NCBI GenBank assembly: GCA_964035545.1
Contig: OZ037767.1
Span: 23,886,628 to 23,950,627, forward strand
DNA length: 64,000 nt
DNA from: Bugula neritina
Lineage: Eukaryota; Animalia; Bryozoa
Direction of reading: 5' to 3'
Within the stretch, counting starts at the first letter, position 1. Each line of letters starts with the position of its first letter. Positions 62,843-64,000 of the stretch are shown in pieces. The notes below the pieces were generated by a model that was not told where the DNA came from, searched no databases, and was given only the letters and a program-made list of their open reading frames with translations. Position numbers and translations under genes: made by a program.

Positions 62843-63919
62843 GTAAGAATTAAAAAGTAATAGTTAGATACAAATATTTATATCCAACTAATGATTTAAC
62901 TTCTCATCATTTATTCATTAATTTTAATTAATAAATGGTTTTTCTTTACTAAAAATGTACATCCAGACTAAGTTGGAATAGGCGTATCATTAAAACTATG
63001 ATCTTATTTATAATCAAATATTCACTATGGTAAAGTTAGTGAGTTAGTTGTTGTTGATGTGATTTTAATTATTTACTGCTTTATAAAAAATTACAATTAC
63101 TATTAGCATTACAATTGTTGAAATAAAAATAATCCGCTCATTATCATTATGATTAGAGGTTATCAAAATATCGATCATGATATGCATGGTATTGATTCAA
63201 CATAGCATATTTTGTGAACATACATGTATACAGTATATAATAATAATAAATTTAATTATCATAATTATTATTAATTATTGTGATGCAACTTGAAACTGCA
63301 TACTGATACTGCATAGTTAATATTACAGTATAACTGCAACCCTAACTCACTAACAGTAAATATGTTTTAGTCATCTAGTGATGCTGGTAGTCATAGTAAT
63401 AGTCATAATCATTATGATTATCATAATGCATAGTTAATAAATTTGTGCAAAAACTAATTCTATTCTTTCTCGATACTTATTACTTACTAATAGACTATCA
63501 CGTCATAACATAACATGTTATTGTCTAGATTGCAGACCAAGTGTAATAATTTCATTTATATTATATTATATCCATTTTCAACATAGCATGCTAGCATAGC
63601 CTCTGCAGATGTATAATACATTAGTGGTCATGATCATCATGATGTAAATCTATTGCTGGTATTACACGCATTTCTAGCTGTTGTGAACTAATAAGGTTGA
63701 GAAAATGGCATTTATACTAGACAAATATGTTTGTGTTGTGTAATTCAGCGACTTACAACAATGGAAAAACTTAGCTTTTATTGAAAATCTTCCAACATGA
63801 ACATAAAAAATTGTTTCTTAAACAAATACACTTACAGTTAAGAAATCACGCCAAGTTATAACACTGGCACTTAATCTCTTAAAATACTTTTCCATTTATT
63901 ATATTCATATGTTTTCACT

Positions 63920-64000
63920 TAGGTGTAGTAGGGAAGAAATTTGATAGCATAGGTTCTTTAATTTTCATAATACATTTTGGTTTGGGTTGTGGGTCGAAAT
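63920..64000. mobile_element. Opposite-orientation copy of the same MITE, cut by the window edge
   Basis: TAGGTGTAGTAGGGAAGAAATTTGATAGCATAGGTTCTTTAATTTT...ATTTTGGTTTGGG matches the reverse complement of the right half of the 59.3 kb copy. Confidence 0.65.

Overview
AT-rich, intron-containing animal genomic DNA, probably from an invertebrate; the species cannot be determined from this window. I built four protein-coding models by hand from GT-AG splice sites and reading-frame phase. (1) A minus-strand multi-exon gene for an unrecognised Ser-rich protein runs from about 18.1 kb off the left edge. (2) Inside its ~7.3 kb intron, on the same strand, lies a 972-aa protein with ~22 ankyrin repeats, an intronless CDS and an N-terminal DSGxxT degron-like motif. 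(3) A 252-aa disordered orphan ORF at 32.4 kb is rich in short linear motifs. (4) A complete ARID1A/B (osa) orthologue spans 41287-56472 (22 coding exons, ~1925 aa). Repeats include three copies of a tRNA-derived SINE with target-site duplications, four copies of a ~160-bp MITE plus a collapsed palindromic remnant, other hairpins, and many mini/microsatellites. The most unusual observations are the same-strand nested ankyrin gene, the tightly spaced poly(A)-signal/acceptor arrangement just behind it, and the strong +3 T (GTTAGT) donor bias in ARID1. I saw no prokaryotic-type system (CRISPR, operon of defence genes, rRNA). All models are unvalidated by transcript data.
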